64,000 bases of DNA from Eledone cirrhosa (lineage: Eukaryota), in assembly GCA_964016885.1 (NCBI GenBank), contig OZ024740.1, positions 317,998,001-318,062,000 on the forward strand. The letters run 5' to 3'. A model generated the notes under the pieces. The model did not search any database and was not told the origin of the DNA. It was given only the letters and a program-made list of their open reading frames with translations. A program made the translations under genes and the position numbers. Below are positions 12,950 through 29,079 of the stretch, one piece after another (position 1 is the stretch's first letter; every line of letters begins with the position of its first letter).

Positions 12950-15900
12950 ACTCTACCAATTCGCTGTCTTTCTACTACAATACTCAACAAATAATCCAGG
13001 ACTGTCTCGTCTATTTCCACAACTTACGTTCTATCTGACATTCTAAAGACTCTAACAATTCGAAGTCTTTCTACTACAATACTCAGAACAAATAATCCAG
13101 GTTTGTCTCGTCTATTTCCACAACTTACATTCTATCTAACATTCTAACGACTCTACCAATTCGAAGCCTTTTTACTACATTACTCACAACAAATAATTCA
13201 GGATTGCCCCGTCTATTTCCACAACTTACATTCTACCTGTCATTCTAACGACTCTACCAATTCGCTGTCTTTCTACTACAATACTCACAACAAATAATAC
13301 AGGATTGTCTCGTCTATTTCCACAACTTACATTCTATCTAACATTTTAACAACTCCACCAATTCGAAATCTTTCTACTACAATACTCACAACAAATCTTC
13401 CAGGATTGTCTCGTCTATTTCCACAACTTACATTCTATCTGATATTCTAACGACTCTACCAATTCGAAGTCTTTCTACTATAATACTAACAACAAATAAT
13501 CCAGGATTGTCTCTTCTATTTCCACAACTTACATTCTATCTAACATTCTAACAACTCCACCAATTCGAAATCTTTCTACTACAATACTCACAACAAATCA
13601 TCCAGGATTGTCTCGTCTATTTCCACAACTTACATTCTATCTGATATTCTAACGACTCTACCAATTCGAAGTCTTTCTACTACAATACTAACAACAAATA
13701 ATCCAGGATTGTCTCTTCTATTTCCACAACTTGCATTCTATCTGACATTCTAATGACTCTACCAATTCGAAGTCTTTCTACTACAATACTCACAACAAAT
13801 AATCCAGGATTGTCTCGTCTATTTCCACAACTTACATTCTATCTCATATTCTAACGACTCTACCAATTCGAAGTCTGTCTACTACAATACTCACAACAAA
13901 TAATCCAGGATTGTCTCGTCTATTTCCACAACTTGCATTCTATATGACATTCTAACGACTCTACCAATTCGAAGTCTTTCTACTACAATACTCACAACAA
14001 ATAATCCAGGATTGTCTCGTCTATTTCCACAAATTACATTCTATCTGACATTCTAACGACTCTACCAATTCGCTGTCTTTCTATTACAATACTCACAACA
14101 AATAATCCAGGATTGTCTCGTCTATTTCCACAACTTGCATTCTATCTGACATTCTAACGACTCTACCAATTCGCTGTCTTTCTACTACAATACTCAACAA
14201 ATAATCCAGGACTGTCTCGTCTATTTCCACAACTTACGTTCTATCTGACATTCTAAAGACTCTAACAATTCGAAGTCTTTCTACTACAATACTCAGAACA
14301 AATAATCCAGGTTTGTCTCGTCTATTTCCACAACTTACATTCTATCTAACATTCTAACGACTCTACCAATTCGAAGCCTTTTTACTACATTACTCACAAC
14401 AAATAATTCAGGATTGTCTCGTCTATTTCCACAAATTACGTTCTATCTGACATTCTAACGACTCTACCAATTCGCTGTCTTTCTACTACAATACTCACAA
14501 CAAATAATCCAGGATTGTCTCGTCTATTTCCACAACTTACATTCTATCTCATATTCTAACGACTCTACCAATTCGAAGTCTGTCTACTACAATACTCACA
14601 ACAAATAATCCAGGATTGTCTCGTCTATTTCCACAACTTACATTCTATCTAACATTCTAACGACTCTACCAATTCGAAGCCTTTTTACTACATTACTCAC
14701 AACAAATAATTCAGGATTGCCCCGTCTATTTCCACAACTTACATTCTACCTGTCATTCTAACGACTCTACCAATTCGCTGTCTTTCTACTACAATACTCA
14801 CAATAAATAATCCAGGATTGTCTCGTCTATTTCCACAACTTACATTCTATCTAACATTCTAACAACTCCACCAATTCGAAATCTTTCTACTACAATACTC
14901 ACAACAAATCATCCAGGATTGTCTCGTCTATTTCCACAACTTACATTCTATCTGATATTCTAACGACTCTACCAATTCGAAGTCTTTCTACTACAATACT
15001 AACAACAAATAATCCAGGATTGTCTCTTCTATTTCCACAACTTACATTCTATCTAACATTCTAACAACTCCACCAATTCGAAATCTTTCTACTACAATAC
15101 TCACAACAAATCATCCAGGATTGTCTCGTCTATTTCCACAACTTACATTCTATCTAACATTCTAACGACTCTACCAATTCGAAGCCTTTTTACTACATTA
15201 CTCACAACAAATAATTCAGGATTGTCTCGTCTATTTCCACAAATTACGTTCTATCTGACATTCTAACGACTCTACCAATTCGCTGTCTTTCTACTACAAT
15301 ACTCACAACAAATAATCCAGGATTGTCTCGTCTATTTCCACAACTTACATTCTATCTGATATTCTAACGACTCTACCAATTCGAAGTCTGTCTACTACAA
15401 TACTCACAACAAATAATCCAGGATTGTCTCGTCTATTTCCACAACTTACATTCTATCTGACATTCTAACGACTCTACCAATTCGCTGTCTTTCTACTACA
15501 ATACTCACAACAAATAATCCAGGATTGTCTCGTCTATTTCCACAAATTACATTCTATCTGACATTCTAACGACTCTACCAATTCGCTGTCTTTCTACTAC
15601 AATACTCACAACAAATAATCCAGGATTGTCTCGTCTATTTCCACAACATACATTCTATCTGACATTCTAACGACTCTACCAATTCGCTGTCTTTCTACTA
15701 CAATACTCAACAAATAATCCAGGACTGTCTCGTCTATTTCCACAACTTACGTTCTATCTGACATTCTAAAGACTCTAACAATTCGAAGTCTTTCTACTAC
15801 AATACTCAGAACAAATAATCCAGGTTTGTCTCGTCTATTTCCACAACTTACATTCTATCTAACATTCTAACGACTCTACCAATTCGAAGCCTTTTTACTA

Positions 15901-17130
15901 CATTACTCACAACAAATAATTCAGGATTGCCCCGTCTATTTCCACAACTTACATTCTACCTGTCATTCGAACGACTCTACCAATTCGCTGTCTTTCTACT
16001 ACAATACTCACAACAAATAATCCAGGATTGTCTCGTCTATTTCCACAACTTACATTCTATCTAACATTTTAACAACTCCACCAATTCCAAATCTTTCTAC
16101 TACAATACTCACAACAAATCATCCAGGATTGTCTCGTCTATTTCCACAACTTACATTCTATCTGATATTCTAACGACTCTACCAATTCGAAGTCTTTCTA
16201 CTATAATACTAACAACAAATAATCCAGGATTGTCTCTTCTATTTCCACAACTTACATTCTATCTAACATTCTAACAACTCCACCAATTCGAAATCTTTCT
16301 ACTACAATACTAACAACAAATAATCCAGGATTGTCTCTTCTATTTCCACAACTTGCATTCTATCTGACATTCTAATGACTCTACCAATTCGAAGTCTTTC
16401 TACTACAATACTCACAACAAATAATCCAGGATTGTCTCGTCTATTTCCACAACTTGCATTCTATATGACATTCTAACGACTCTACCAATTCGAAGTCTTT
16501 CTACTACAATACTCACAACAAATAATCCAGGATTGTCTCGTCTATTTCCACAAATTACATTCTATCTGACATTCTAACGACTCTACCAATTCGCTGTCTT
16601 TCTATTACAATACTCACAACAAATAATCCAGGATTGTCTCGTCTATTTCCACAACATACATTCTATCTGACATTCTAACGACTCTACCAATTCGCTGTCT
16701 TTCTACTACAATACTCAACAAATAATCCAGGACTGTCTCGTCTATTTCCACAACTTACGTTCTATCTGACATTCTAAAGACTCTAACAATTCGAAGTCTT
16801 TCTACTACAATACTCAGAACAAATAATCCAGGTTTGTCTCGTCTATTTCCACAACTTACATTCTATCTAACATTCTAACGACTCTACCAATTCGAAGCCT
16901 TTTTACTACATTACTCACAACAAATAATTCAGGATTGTCTCGTCTATTTCCACAAATTACGTTCTATTTGACATTCTAACGACTCTACCAATTCGCTGTC
17001 TTTCTACTACAATACTCACAACAAATAATCCAGGATTGTCTCGTCTATTTCCACAACTTACATTCTATCTGATATTCTAACGACTCTACCAATTCGAAGT
17101 CTGTCTACTACAATACTCACAACAAATAAT
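12950..17130. repeat. Duplicated block, offset 27 then 25 monomers
   Basis: Rare variants ACATTTTAAC (13346/16069, offset 2723), CTATAATAC (~13481/~16204), TATATGAC (13944/16465, offset 2521) and CTATTAC (~14085/~16606). Confidence 0.85.
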
Positions 17131-19559
17131 CCAGGATTGTCTCGTCTATTTCCACAACTTACATTCTATCTGACATTCTAACGACTCTACCAATTCGCTG
17201 TCTTTCTACTACAATACTCACAACAAATAATCCAGGATTGTCTCGTCTATTTCCACAAATTACATTCTATCTGACATTCTAACGACTCTACCAGTTCGCT
17301 GTCTTTCTACTACAATACTCACAACAAATAATCCAGGATTGTCTCGTCTATTTCCACAACATACATTCTATCTGACATTCTAACGACTCTACCAATTCGC
17401 TGTCTTTCTACTACAATACTCAACAAATAATCCAGGACTGTCTCGTCTATTTCCACAACTTACGTTCTATCTGACATTCTAAAGACTCTAACAATTCGAA
17501 GTCTTTCTACTACAATACTCAGAACAAATAATCCAGGTTTGTCTCGTCTATTTCCACAACTTACATTCTATCTAACATTCTAACGACTCTACCAATTCGA
17601 AGCCTTTTTACTACATTACTCACAACAAATAATTCAGGATTGCCCCGTCTATTTCCACAACTTACATTCTACCTGTCATTCTAACGACTCTACCAATTCG
17701 CTGTCTTTCTACTACAATACTCACAACAAATAATCCAGGATTGTCTCGTCTATTTCCACAACTTACATTCTATCTAACATTCTAACAACTCCACCAATTC
17801 GAAATCTTTCTACTACAATACTCACAACAAATAATCCAGGATTGTCTCGTCTATTTCCACAACTTACATTCTATCTGATATTCTAACGACTCTACCAATT
17901 CGAAGTCTTTCTACTACAATACTAACAACAAATAATCCAGGATTGTCTCTTCTATTTCCACAACTTACATTCTATCTAACATTCTAACAACTCCACCAAT
18001 TCGAAATCTTTCTACTACAATACTCACAACAAATCATCCAGGATTGTCTCGTCTATTTCCACAACTTACATTCTATCTGATATTCTAACGACTCTACCAA
18101 TTCGAAGTCTTTCTACTACAATACTAACAACAAATAATCCAGGATTGTCTCTTCTATTTTCACAACTTGCATTCTATCTGACATTCTAATGACTCTACCA
18201 ATTCGAAGTCTTTCTACTACAATACTCACAACAAATAATCCAGGATTGTCTCGTCTATTTCCACAACTTGCATTCTATCTGACATTCTAACGACTCTACC
18301 AATTCGAAGTCTTTCTACTACAATACTCACAACAAATAATCCAGGATTGTCTCGTCTATTTCCACAAATTACATTCTATCTGACATTCTAACGACTCTAC
18401 CAATTCGCTGTCTTTCTACTACATTACTCAACAAATAATCCAGGACTGTCTCGTCTATTTCCACAACTTACGTTCTATCTGACATTCTAAAGACTCTAAA
18501 AATTCGAAGTCTTTCTACTACAATACTCAGAACAAATAATCCAGGTTTGTCTCGTCTATTTCCACAACTTACATTCTATCTAACATTCTAACGACTCTAC
18601 CAATTCGAAGCCTTTTTACTACATTACTCACAACAAATAATTCAGGATTGCCCCGTCTATTTCCACAACTTACATTCTACCTGACATTCTAACGACTCTA
18701 CCAATTCGCTGTCTTTCTACTACAATACTCACAACAAATAATCCAGGATTGTCTCGTCTATTTCCACAACTTACATTCTATCTAACATTCTAACAACTAC
18801 ACCAATTCGAAATCTTTCTACTACAATACTCACAACAAATCATCCAGGATTGTCTCGTCTATTTCCACAACTTACATTCTATCTGATATTCTAACGACTC
18901 TACCAATTCGAAGTCTTTCTACTACAATACTAACAACAAATAATCCAGGATTGTCTCGTCTATTTCCACAACTTACGTTCTATCTGACATTCTAACAACA
19001 CTACCAATTCGAAGTCTTTCTACTACAATACTCACAACAAATAATACAGGATTGGCTCGTCTATTTCCACAACTTACATTCTATCTGATATTCTAACGAC
19101 TCTACCAATTCGAAGTCTTTCTACTACAATACTAACAACAAATAATCCAGGATTGTCTCTTCTATTTCCACAACTTACATTCTATCTAACATTCTAACAA
19201 CTCCACCAATTCGAAATCTTTCTACTACAATACTCACAACAAATCATCCAGGATTGTCTCGTCTATTTCCACAACTCACATTCTATCTGATATTCTAACG
19301 ACTCTACCAATTCGAAATCTTTCTACTACAATACTAACAACAAATAATCCAGGATTGTCTCTTCTATTTCCACAACTTGCATTCTATCTGACATTCTAAC
19401 AACTCCACCAATTCGAAATCTTTCTACTACAATACTCACAACAAATCATCCAGGATTGTCTCGTCTATTTCCACAACTTACATTCTATCTGATATTCTAA
19501 CAACTCTACCAATCCGAAGTCTTTCTACTACAATACTCACAACAAATCATCCAGGATTG

Positions 19560-22500
19560 TCTCGTCTATTTCCACAACATACATTCTATCTGATATTCTA
19601 ACGACTCTAAAAATTCGAAGTCTTTCTACGACAATACTCAGAACAAATAATCCAGGTTTGTCTCGTCTATTTCCACAACTTACATTCTATCTAACATTCT
19701 AATGACTCTACCAATTCGAAGCCTTTTTACTACATTACTCACAACAAATAATCCAGGATTGTCTCTTCTATTTCCACAACTTACATTCTATCTAACATTC
19801 TAACAACTCCACCAATTCGAAATCTTTCTACTACAATACTCACAACAAATCATCCAGGATTGTCTCGTCTATTTCCACAACTTACATTCTATCTGATATT
19901 CTAACAACTCTACCAATCCGAAGTCTTTCTACTACAATACTCACAACAAATCATCCAGGATTGTCTCGTCTATTTCCACAACATACATTCTATCTGATAT
20001 TCTAACGACACTACCAATTCGAAGTCTTTCTACTACAATACTAACAACAAATAATCCAGGATTGTCTCTTCTATTTCCACAACTTGCATTCTATCTGACA
20101 TTCTAATGACTCTACCAATTAGAAGTCTTTCTACTACAATACTCACAACAAATAATCCAGGATTGTCTCGTCTATTTCCACAACTTGCATTCTATCTGAC
20201 ATTCTAACGACTCTACCAATTCGAAGTCTTTCTACTACAATACTCACAACAAATAATCCAGGATTGTCTCGTCTATTTCCACGAATTACATTCTATCTGA
20301 CATTCTAACGACTCTACCAATTCGCTGTCTTTCTACTACAATACTCACAACAAATAATCCAGGATTGTCTCGTCTATTTCCACAACATACATTCTATCTG
20401 ACATTCTAACGACTCTACCAATTCGCTGTCTTTCTACTACAATACTCAACAAATAATCCAGGACTGTCTCGTCTATTTCCACAACTTACGTTCTATCTGA
20501 CATTCTAAAGACTCTAACAATTCGAAGTCTTTCTACTACAATACTCAGAACAAATAATCCAGGTTTGCCTCGTCTATTTCCACAACTTACATTCTATCTA
20601 ACATTCTAACGACTCTACCAATTCGAAGCCTTTTTACTACATTACTCACAACAAATAATTCAGGATTGTCTCGTCTATTTCCACAACTTACACTCTATCT
20701 GATATTCTAACGACTCTACCAATTCGAAGTCTTTCTACTACAATACTAACAACAAATAATCCAGGATTGTCTCTTCTATTTCCACAACTTACATTCTATC
20801 TAACATTCTAACAACTCCACCAATTCGAAATCTTTCTACTACAATACTCACAACAAATATTCCAGGATTGTCTCGTCTATTTCCACAACATACATTCTAT
20901 CTGATATTCTAACGACTCTACCAATTCGAAGTTTTTCTACTACAATACTAACAACAAATAATCCAGGATTGTCTCTTCTATTTCCACAACTTGCATTCTA
21001 TCTGACATTCTAATGACTCTACCAATTCGAAGTCGTTCTACTACAATACTCACAACAAATAATCCAGGATTGTCTCGTCTATTTCCACAACTTGCATTCT
21101 ATCTGATATTCTAACGACTCTACCAATTCGAAGTCTTTCTACTACAATACTCACAACAAATATTCCAGGATTGTCTCGTCTATTTCCACAAATTACATTC
21201 TATCTGACATTCTAACGACTCTACCAATTCGCTGTCTTTCTACTACAATACTCACAACAAATAATCCAGGATTGTCTCGTCTATTTCCACAACATACATT
21301 CTATCTGACATTCTAACGACTCTACCAATTCGCTGTCTTTCTACTACAATACTCAACAAATCATCCAGGACTGTCTCGTCTATTTCCACAACTTACGTTC
21401 TATCTGACATTCTAAAGACTCTAACAATTCGAAGTCTTTCTACTACAATACTCAGAACAAATAATCCAGGTTTGTCTCGTCTATTTCCACAACTTACATT
21501 CTATCTAACATTCTAACGACTCTACCAATTCGAAGGCTTTTTACTACATTACTCACAACAAATAATTCAGGATTGTCTCGTCTATTTCCACAAATTACGT
21601 TCTATCTGACATTCTAACGACTCTACCAATTCGCTGTCTTTCTACTACAATACTCACAACAAATAATCCAGGATTGTCTCGTCTATTTCCACAACTTACA
21701 TTCTATCTGATATTCTAACGACTCTACCAATTCGAAGTCTTTCTACTACAATACTCACAACAAATAATCCAGGATTGTCTCGTCTATTTCCACAACTTAC
21801 ATTCTATCTGATATTCTAACGACTCTACCAATTCGAAGTCTTTCTACTACAATACTCACAACAAATAATCCAGGATTGTCTCGTCTATTTCCACAAATTA
21901 CATTCTATCTGATATTCTAACGACTCTACCAAATCGAAGTCTTTCTACTACAATACTCACAACAAATAATCCAGGATTGTCTCGTCTATTTCCACAACTT
22001 GCATTCTATCTGACATTCTAACGACTCTACCAATTCGAAGTCTTTCTACTACAATACTCACAACAAATAATCCAGGATTGTCTCGTCTATTTCCACAAAT
22101 TACATTCTATCTGACATTCTAACGACTCTACCAATTCGCTGTGTTTCTACTACAATACTCACAACAAATAATCCAGGATTGTCTCGTCTATTTCCACAAC
22201 ATACATTCTATCTGACATTCTAACGACTCTACCAATTCGCTGTCTTTCTACTACAATACTCAACAAATAATCCAGGACTGTCTCGTCTATTTCCACAACT
22301 TACGTTTTATCTGACATTCTAAAGACTCTAACAATTCGAAGTCTTTCTACTACAATACTCAGAACAAATAATCCAGGTTTGTCTCGTCTATTTCCACAAC
22401 TTACATTATATCTAACATTCTAACGACTCTACCAATTCGAAGCCTTTTTACTACATTACTCACAACAAATAATTCAGGATTGTCTCGTCTATTTCCACAA

Positions 22501-25500
22501 ATTACGTTCTATCTGACATTCTAACGACTCTACCAATTCGCTGTCTTTCTACTACAATACTCACAACAAATAATCCAGGATTGTCTCGTCTATTTCCACA
22601 ACATACATTCTATCTGATATTCTAACGACTCTAAAAATTCGAAGTCTTTCTACGACAATACTCAGAACAAATAATCCAGGTTTGTCTCGTCTATTTCCAC
22701 AACTTACATTCTATCTAACATTCTAATGACTCTACCAATTCGAAGCCTTTTTACTACATTACTCACAACAAATAATCCAGGATTGTCTCTTCTATTTCCA
22801 CAACTTACATTCTATCTAACATTCTAACAACTCCACCAATTCGAAATCTTTCTACTACAATACTCACAACAAATCATCCAGGATTGTCTCGTCTATTTCC
22901 ACAACTTACATTCTATCTGATATTCTAACAACTCTACCAATCCGAAGTCTTTCTACTACAATACTCACAACAAATCATCCAGGATTGTCTCGTCTATTTC
23001 CACAACATACATTCTATCTGATATTCTAACGACACTACCAATTCGAAGTCTTTCTACTACAATACTAACAACAAATAATCCAGGATTGTCTCTTCTATTT
23101 CCACAACTTGCATTCTATCTGACATTCTAATGACTCTACCAATTCGAAGTCTTTCTACTACAATACTCACAACAAATAATCCAGGATTGTCTCGTCTATT
23201 TCCACAACTTGCATTCTATCTGACATTCTAACGACTCTACCAATTCGAAGTCTTTCTACTACAATACTCACAACAAATAATCCAGGATTGTCTCGTCTAT
23301 TTCCACGAATTACATTCTATCTGACATTCTAACGACTCTACCAATTCGCTGTCTTTCTACTACAATACTCACAACAAATAATCCAGGATTGTCTCGTCTA
23401 TTTCCACAACATACATTCTATCTGACATTCTAACGACTCTACCAATTCGCTGTCTTTCTACTACAATACTCAACAAATAATCCAGGACTGTCTCGTCTAT
23501 TTCCACAACTTACGTTCTATCTGACATTCTAAAGACTCTAACAATTCGAAGTCTTTCTACTACAATACTCAGAACAAATAATCCAGGTTTGCCTCGTCTA
23601 TTTCCACAACTTACATTCTATCTAACATTCTAACGACTCTACCAATTCGAAGCCTTTTTACTACATTACTCACAACAAATAATTCAGGATTGCCCCGTCT
23701 ATTTCCACAACTTACACTCTATCTGATATTCTAACGACTCTACCAATTCGAAGTCTTTCTACTACAATACTAACAACAAATAATCCAGGATTGTCTCGTC
23801 TATTTCCACAACTTACACTCTATCTGATATTCTAACGACTCTACCAATTCGAAGTCTTTCTACTACAATACTAACAACAAATAATCCAGGATTGTCTCTT
23901 CTATTTCCACAACTTACATTCTATCTAACATTCTAACAACTCCACCAATTCGAAATCTTTCTACTACAATACTCACAACAAATATTCCAGGATTGTCTCG
24001 TCTATTTCCACAACATACATTCTATCTGATATTCTAACGACTCTACCAATTCGAAGTTTTTCTACTACAATACTAACAACAAATAATCCAGGATTGTCTC
24101 TTCTATTTCCACAACTTGCATTCTATCTGACATTCTAATGACTCTACCAATTCGAAGTCGTTCTACTACAATACTCACAACAAATAATCCAGGATTGTCT
24201 CGTCTATTTCCACAACTTGCATTCTATCTGATATTCTAACGACTCTACCAATTCGAAGTCTTTCTACTACAATACTCACAACAAATATTCCAGGATTGTC
24301 TCGTCTATTTCCACAAATTACATTCTATCTGACATTCTAACGACTCTACCAATTCGCTGTCTTTCTACTACAATACTCACAACAAATAATCCAGGATTGT
24401 CTCGTCTATTTCCACAACATACATTCTATCTGACATTCTAACGACTCTACCAATTCGCTGTCTTTCTACTACAATACTCAACAAATCATCCAGGACTGTC
24501 TCGTCTATTTCCACAACTTACGTTCTATCTGACATTCTAAAGACTCTAACAATTCGAAGTCTTTCTACTACAATACTCAGAACAAATAATCCAGGTTTGT
24601 CTCGTCTATTTCCACAACTTACATTCTATCTAACATTCTAACGACTCTACCAATTCGAAGGCTTTTTACTACATTACTCACAACAAATAATTCAGGATTG
24701 TCTCGTCTATTTCCACAAATTACGTTCTATCTGACATTCTAACGACTCTACCAATTCGCTGTCTTTCTACTACAATACTCACAACAAATAATCCAGGATT
24801 GTCTCGTCTATTTCCACAACTTACATTCTATCTGATATTCTAACGACTCTACCAATTCGAAGTCTTTCTACTACAATACTCACAACAAATAATCCAGGAT
24901 TGTCTCGTCTATTTCCACAACTTACATTCTATCTGATATTCTAACGACTCTACCAATTCGAAGTCTTTCTACTACAATACTCACAACAAATAATCCAGGA
25001 TTGTCTCGTCTATTTCCACAAATTACATTCTATCTGATATTCTAACGACTCTACCAAATCGAAGTCTTTCTACTACAATACTCACAACAAATAATCCAGG
25101 ATTGTCTCGTCTATTTCCACAACTTGCATTCTATCTGACATTCTAACGACTCTACCAATTCGAAGTCTTTCTACTACAATACTCACAACAAATAATCCAG
25201 GATTGTCTCGTCTATTTCCACAAATTACATTCTATCTGACATTCTAACGACTCTACCAATTCGCTGTGTTTCTACTACAATACTCACAACAAATAATCCA
25301 GGATTGTCTCGTCTATTTCCACAACATACATTCTATCTGACATTCTAACGACTCTACCAATTCGCTGTCTTTCTACTACAATACTCAACAAATAATCCAG
25401 GACTGTCTCGTCTATTTCCACAACTTACGTTTTATCTGACATTCTAAAGACTCTAACAATTCGAAGTCTTTCTACTACAATACTCAGAACAAATAATCCA

Positions 25501-25750
25501 GGTTTGTCTCGTCTATTTCCACAACTTACATTATATCTAACATTCTAACGACTCTACCAATTCGAAGCCTTTTTACTACATTACTCACAACAAATAATTC
25601 AGGATTGTCTCGTCTATTTCCACAAATTACGTTCTATCTGACATTCTAACGACTCTACCAATTCGCTGTCTTTCTACTACAATACTCACAACAAATAATC
25701 CAGGATTGTCTCGTCTATTTCCACAACTTACATTCTATCTGATATTCTAA
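19560..25750. repeat. Tandem duplication of a 30-mer (3024 bp); the second copy has one extra monomer
   Basis: TCTACGAC variant at 19630/22654 (3024 = 27x101 + 3x99) and GAAGTCG at 21035/24160 (3125). Other shared rare variants: GAAGGCTT, GCTGTGTT, ACGTTTTAT, ACATTATAT. Confidence 0.92.
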
Positions 25751-28700
25751 CGACTCCACCAATTCGAAATCTTTCTACTACAATACTCACAACAAATCAT
25801 CCAGGATTGTCTCGTCTATTTCCACAACTTACATTCTATCTGATATTCTAACGACTCTACCAATTCGAAGTCTTTCTACTACAATACTAACAACAAATCA
25901 TCCAGGATTGTCTCTTCTATTTCCACAACTTACATTCTATCTAACATTCTAACAACTCCACCAATTCGAAATCTTTCTACTACAATACTCACAACAAATC
26001 ATCCAGGATTGTCTCGTCTATTTCCACAACTTACATTCTATCTGATATTCTAACAACTCTACCAATCCGAAGTCTTTCTACTACAATACTCACAACAAAT
26101 CATCCAGGAGTGTCTCGTCTATTTCCACAACATACATTCTATCTGATATTCTAACGACTCTACCAATTCGAAGTCTTTCTACTACAATACTAACAACAAA
26201 TAATCCAGGATTGTCTCTTCTATTTCCACAACTTGCATTCTATCTGACATTCTAATGACTCTACCAATTCGAAGTCTTTCTACTACAATACTCACAACAA
26301 ATAATCCAGGATTGTCTCGTCTATTTCCACAACTTGCATTCTATCTGACATTCTAACGACTCTACCAATTCGAAGTCTTTCTACTACAATACTCACAACA
26401 AATAATCCAGGATTGTCTCGTCTATTTCCACGAATTACATTCTATCTGACATTCTAACGACTCTACCAATTCGCTGTCTTTCTACTACAATACTCACAAC
26501 AAATAATCCAGGATTGTCTCGTCTATTTCCACAACATACATTCTATCTGACATTCTAACGACTCTACCAATTCGCTGTCTTTCTACTACAATACTCAACA
26601 AATAATCCAGGACTGTCTCGTCTATTTCCACAACTTACGTTCTATCTGACATTCTAAAGACTCTAACAATTCGAAGTCTTTCTACTACAATACTCAGAAC
26701 AAATAATCCAGGTTTGCCTCGTCTATTTCCACAACTTACATTCTATCTAACATTCTAACGACTCTACCAATTCGAAGCCTTTTTACTACATTACTCACAA
26801 CAAATAATTCAGGATTGCCCCGTCTATTTCCACAACTTACATTCTACCTGACATTCTAACGACTCTACCAATTCGCTCTCTTTCTACTACAATACTCACA
26901 ACAAATAATCCAGGATTGTCTCGTCTATTTCCACAACTTACATTCTATCTAACATTCTAACAACTCCACCAATTCGAAATCTTTCTACTACAATACTCAC
27001 AACAAATCATCCAGGATTGTCTCGTCTATTTCCACAACTTACACTCTATCTGATATTCTAACGACTCTACCAATTCGAAGTCTTTCTACTACAATACTAA
27101 CAACAAATAATCCAGGATTGTCTCTTCTATTTCCACAACTTACATTCTATCTAACATTCTAACAACTCCACCAATTCGAAATCTTTCTACTACAATACTC
27201 ACAACAAATCATCCAGGATTGTCTCGTCTATTTCCACAACATACATTCTATCTGATATTCTAACGACTCTACCAATTCGAAGTTTTTCTACTACAATACT
27301 AACAACAAATAATCCAGGATTGTCTCTTCTATTTCCACAACTTGCATTCTATCTGACATTCTAATGACTCTACCAATTCGAAGTCTTTCTACTACAATAC
27401 TCACAACAAATAATCCAGGATTGTCTCGTCTATTTCCACAACTTGCATTCTATCTGACATTCTAACGACTCTACCAATTCGAAGTCTTTCTACTACAATA
27501 CTCACAACAAATATTCCAGGATTGTCTCGTCTATTTCCACAAATTACATTCTATCTGACATTCTAACGACTCTACCAATTCGCTGTCTTTCTACTACAAT
27601 ACTCACAACAAATAATCCAGGATTGTCTCGTCTATTTCCACAACATACATTCTATCTGACATTCTAACGACTCTACCAATTCGCTGTCTTTCTACTACAA
27701 TACTCAACAAATCATCCAGGACTGTCTCGTCTATTTCCACAACTTACGTTCTATCTGACATTCTAAAGACTCTAACAATTCGAAGTCTTTCTACTACAAT
27801 ACTCAGGACAAATAATCCAGGTTTGTCTCGTCTATTTCCACAACTTACATTCTATCTAACATTCTAACGACTCTACCAATTCGAAGCCTTTTTACTACAT
27901 TACTCACGACAAATAATTCAGGATTGTCTCGTCTATTTCCACAAATTACGTTCTATCTGACATTCTAACGACTCTAACAATTCGCTGTCTTTCTACTACA
28001 ATACTCACAACAAATAATCCAGGATTGTCTCGTCTATTTCCACAACTTACATTCTATATGATATTCTAACGACTCTACCAATTCGAAGTCTTTCTACTAC
28101 AATACTCACAACAAATAATCCAGGATTGTCTCGTCTATTTCCACAACTTACATTCTATCTGATATTCTAACGACTCTACCAATTCGAAGTCTTTCTACTA
28201 CAATACTCACAACAAATAATCCAGGATTGTCTCGTCTATTTCCACAAATTACATTCTATCTGATATTCTAACGACTCTACCAAATCGAAGTCTTTCTACT
28301 ACAATACTCACAACAAATAATCCAGGATTGTCTCGTCTATTTCCACAACTTGCATTCTATCTGACATTCTAACGACTCTACCAATTCGAAGTCTTTCTAC
28401 TACAATACTCACAACAAATAATCCAGGATTGTCTCGTCTATTTCCACAAATTACATTCTATCTGACATTCTAACGACTCTACCAATTCGCTGTCTTTCTA
28501 CTACAATACTCACAACAAATAATCCAGGATTGTCTCGTCTATTTCCACAACATACATTCTATCTGACATTCTAACGACTCTACCAATTCGCTGTCTTTCT
28601 ACTACAATACTCAACAAATAATCCAGGACTGTCTCGTCTATTTCCACAACTTACGTTCTATCTGACATTCTAACGACTCTACCAATTCGCTGTCTTTCTA

Positions 28701-29079
28701 CTACAATACTCACAACAAATAATCCAGGATTGTCTCGTCTATTTCCACAACTTACATTCTATCTGATATTCTAACGACTCTACCAATTCGAAGTCTTTCT
28801 ACTACAATACTCAGAACAAATAATCCAGGTTTGTCTCGTCTATTTCCACAACTTACATTCTATCTAACATTCTAACGACTCTACCAATTCGCTGTCTTTC
28901 TACTACAATACTCACAACAAATAATCCAGGATTGTCTCGTCTATTTCCACAACTTACATTCTATCTGATATTCTAACGACTCTACCAATTCGAAGTCTTT
29001 CTACTACAATACTAACAACAAATAATCCAGGAATGTCTCTTCTATTTCCACAACTTACATTCTATCTGACATTCTAACA

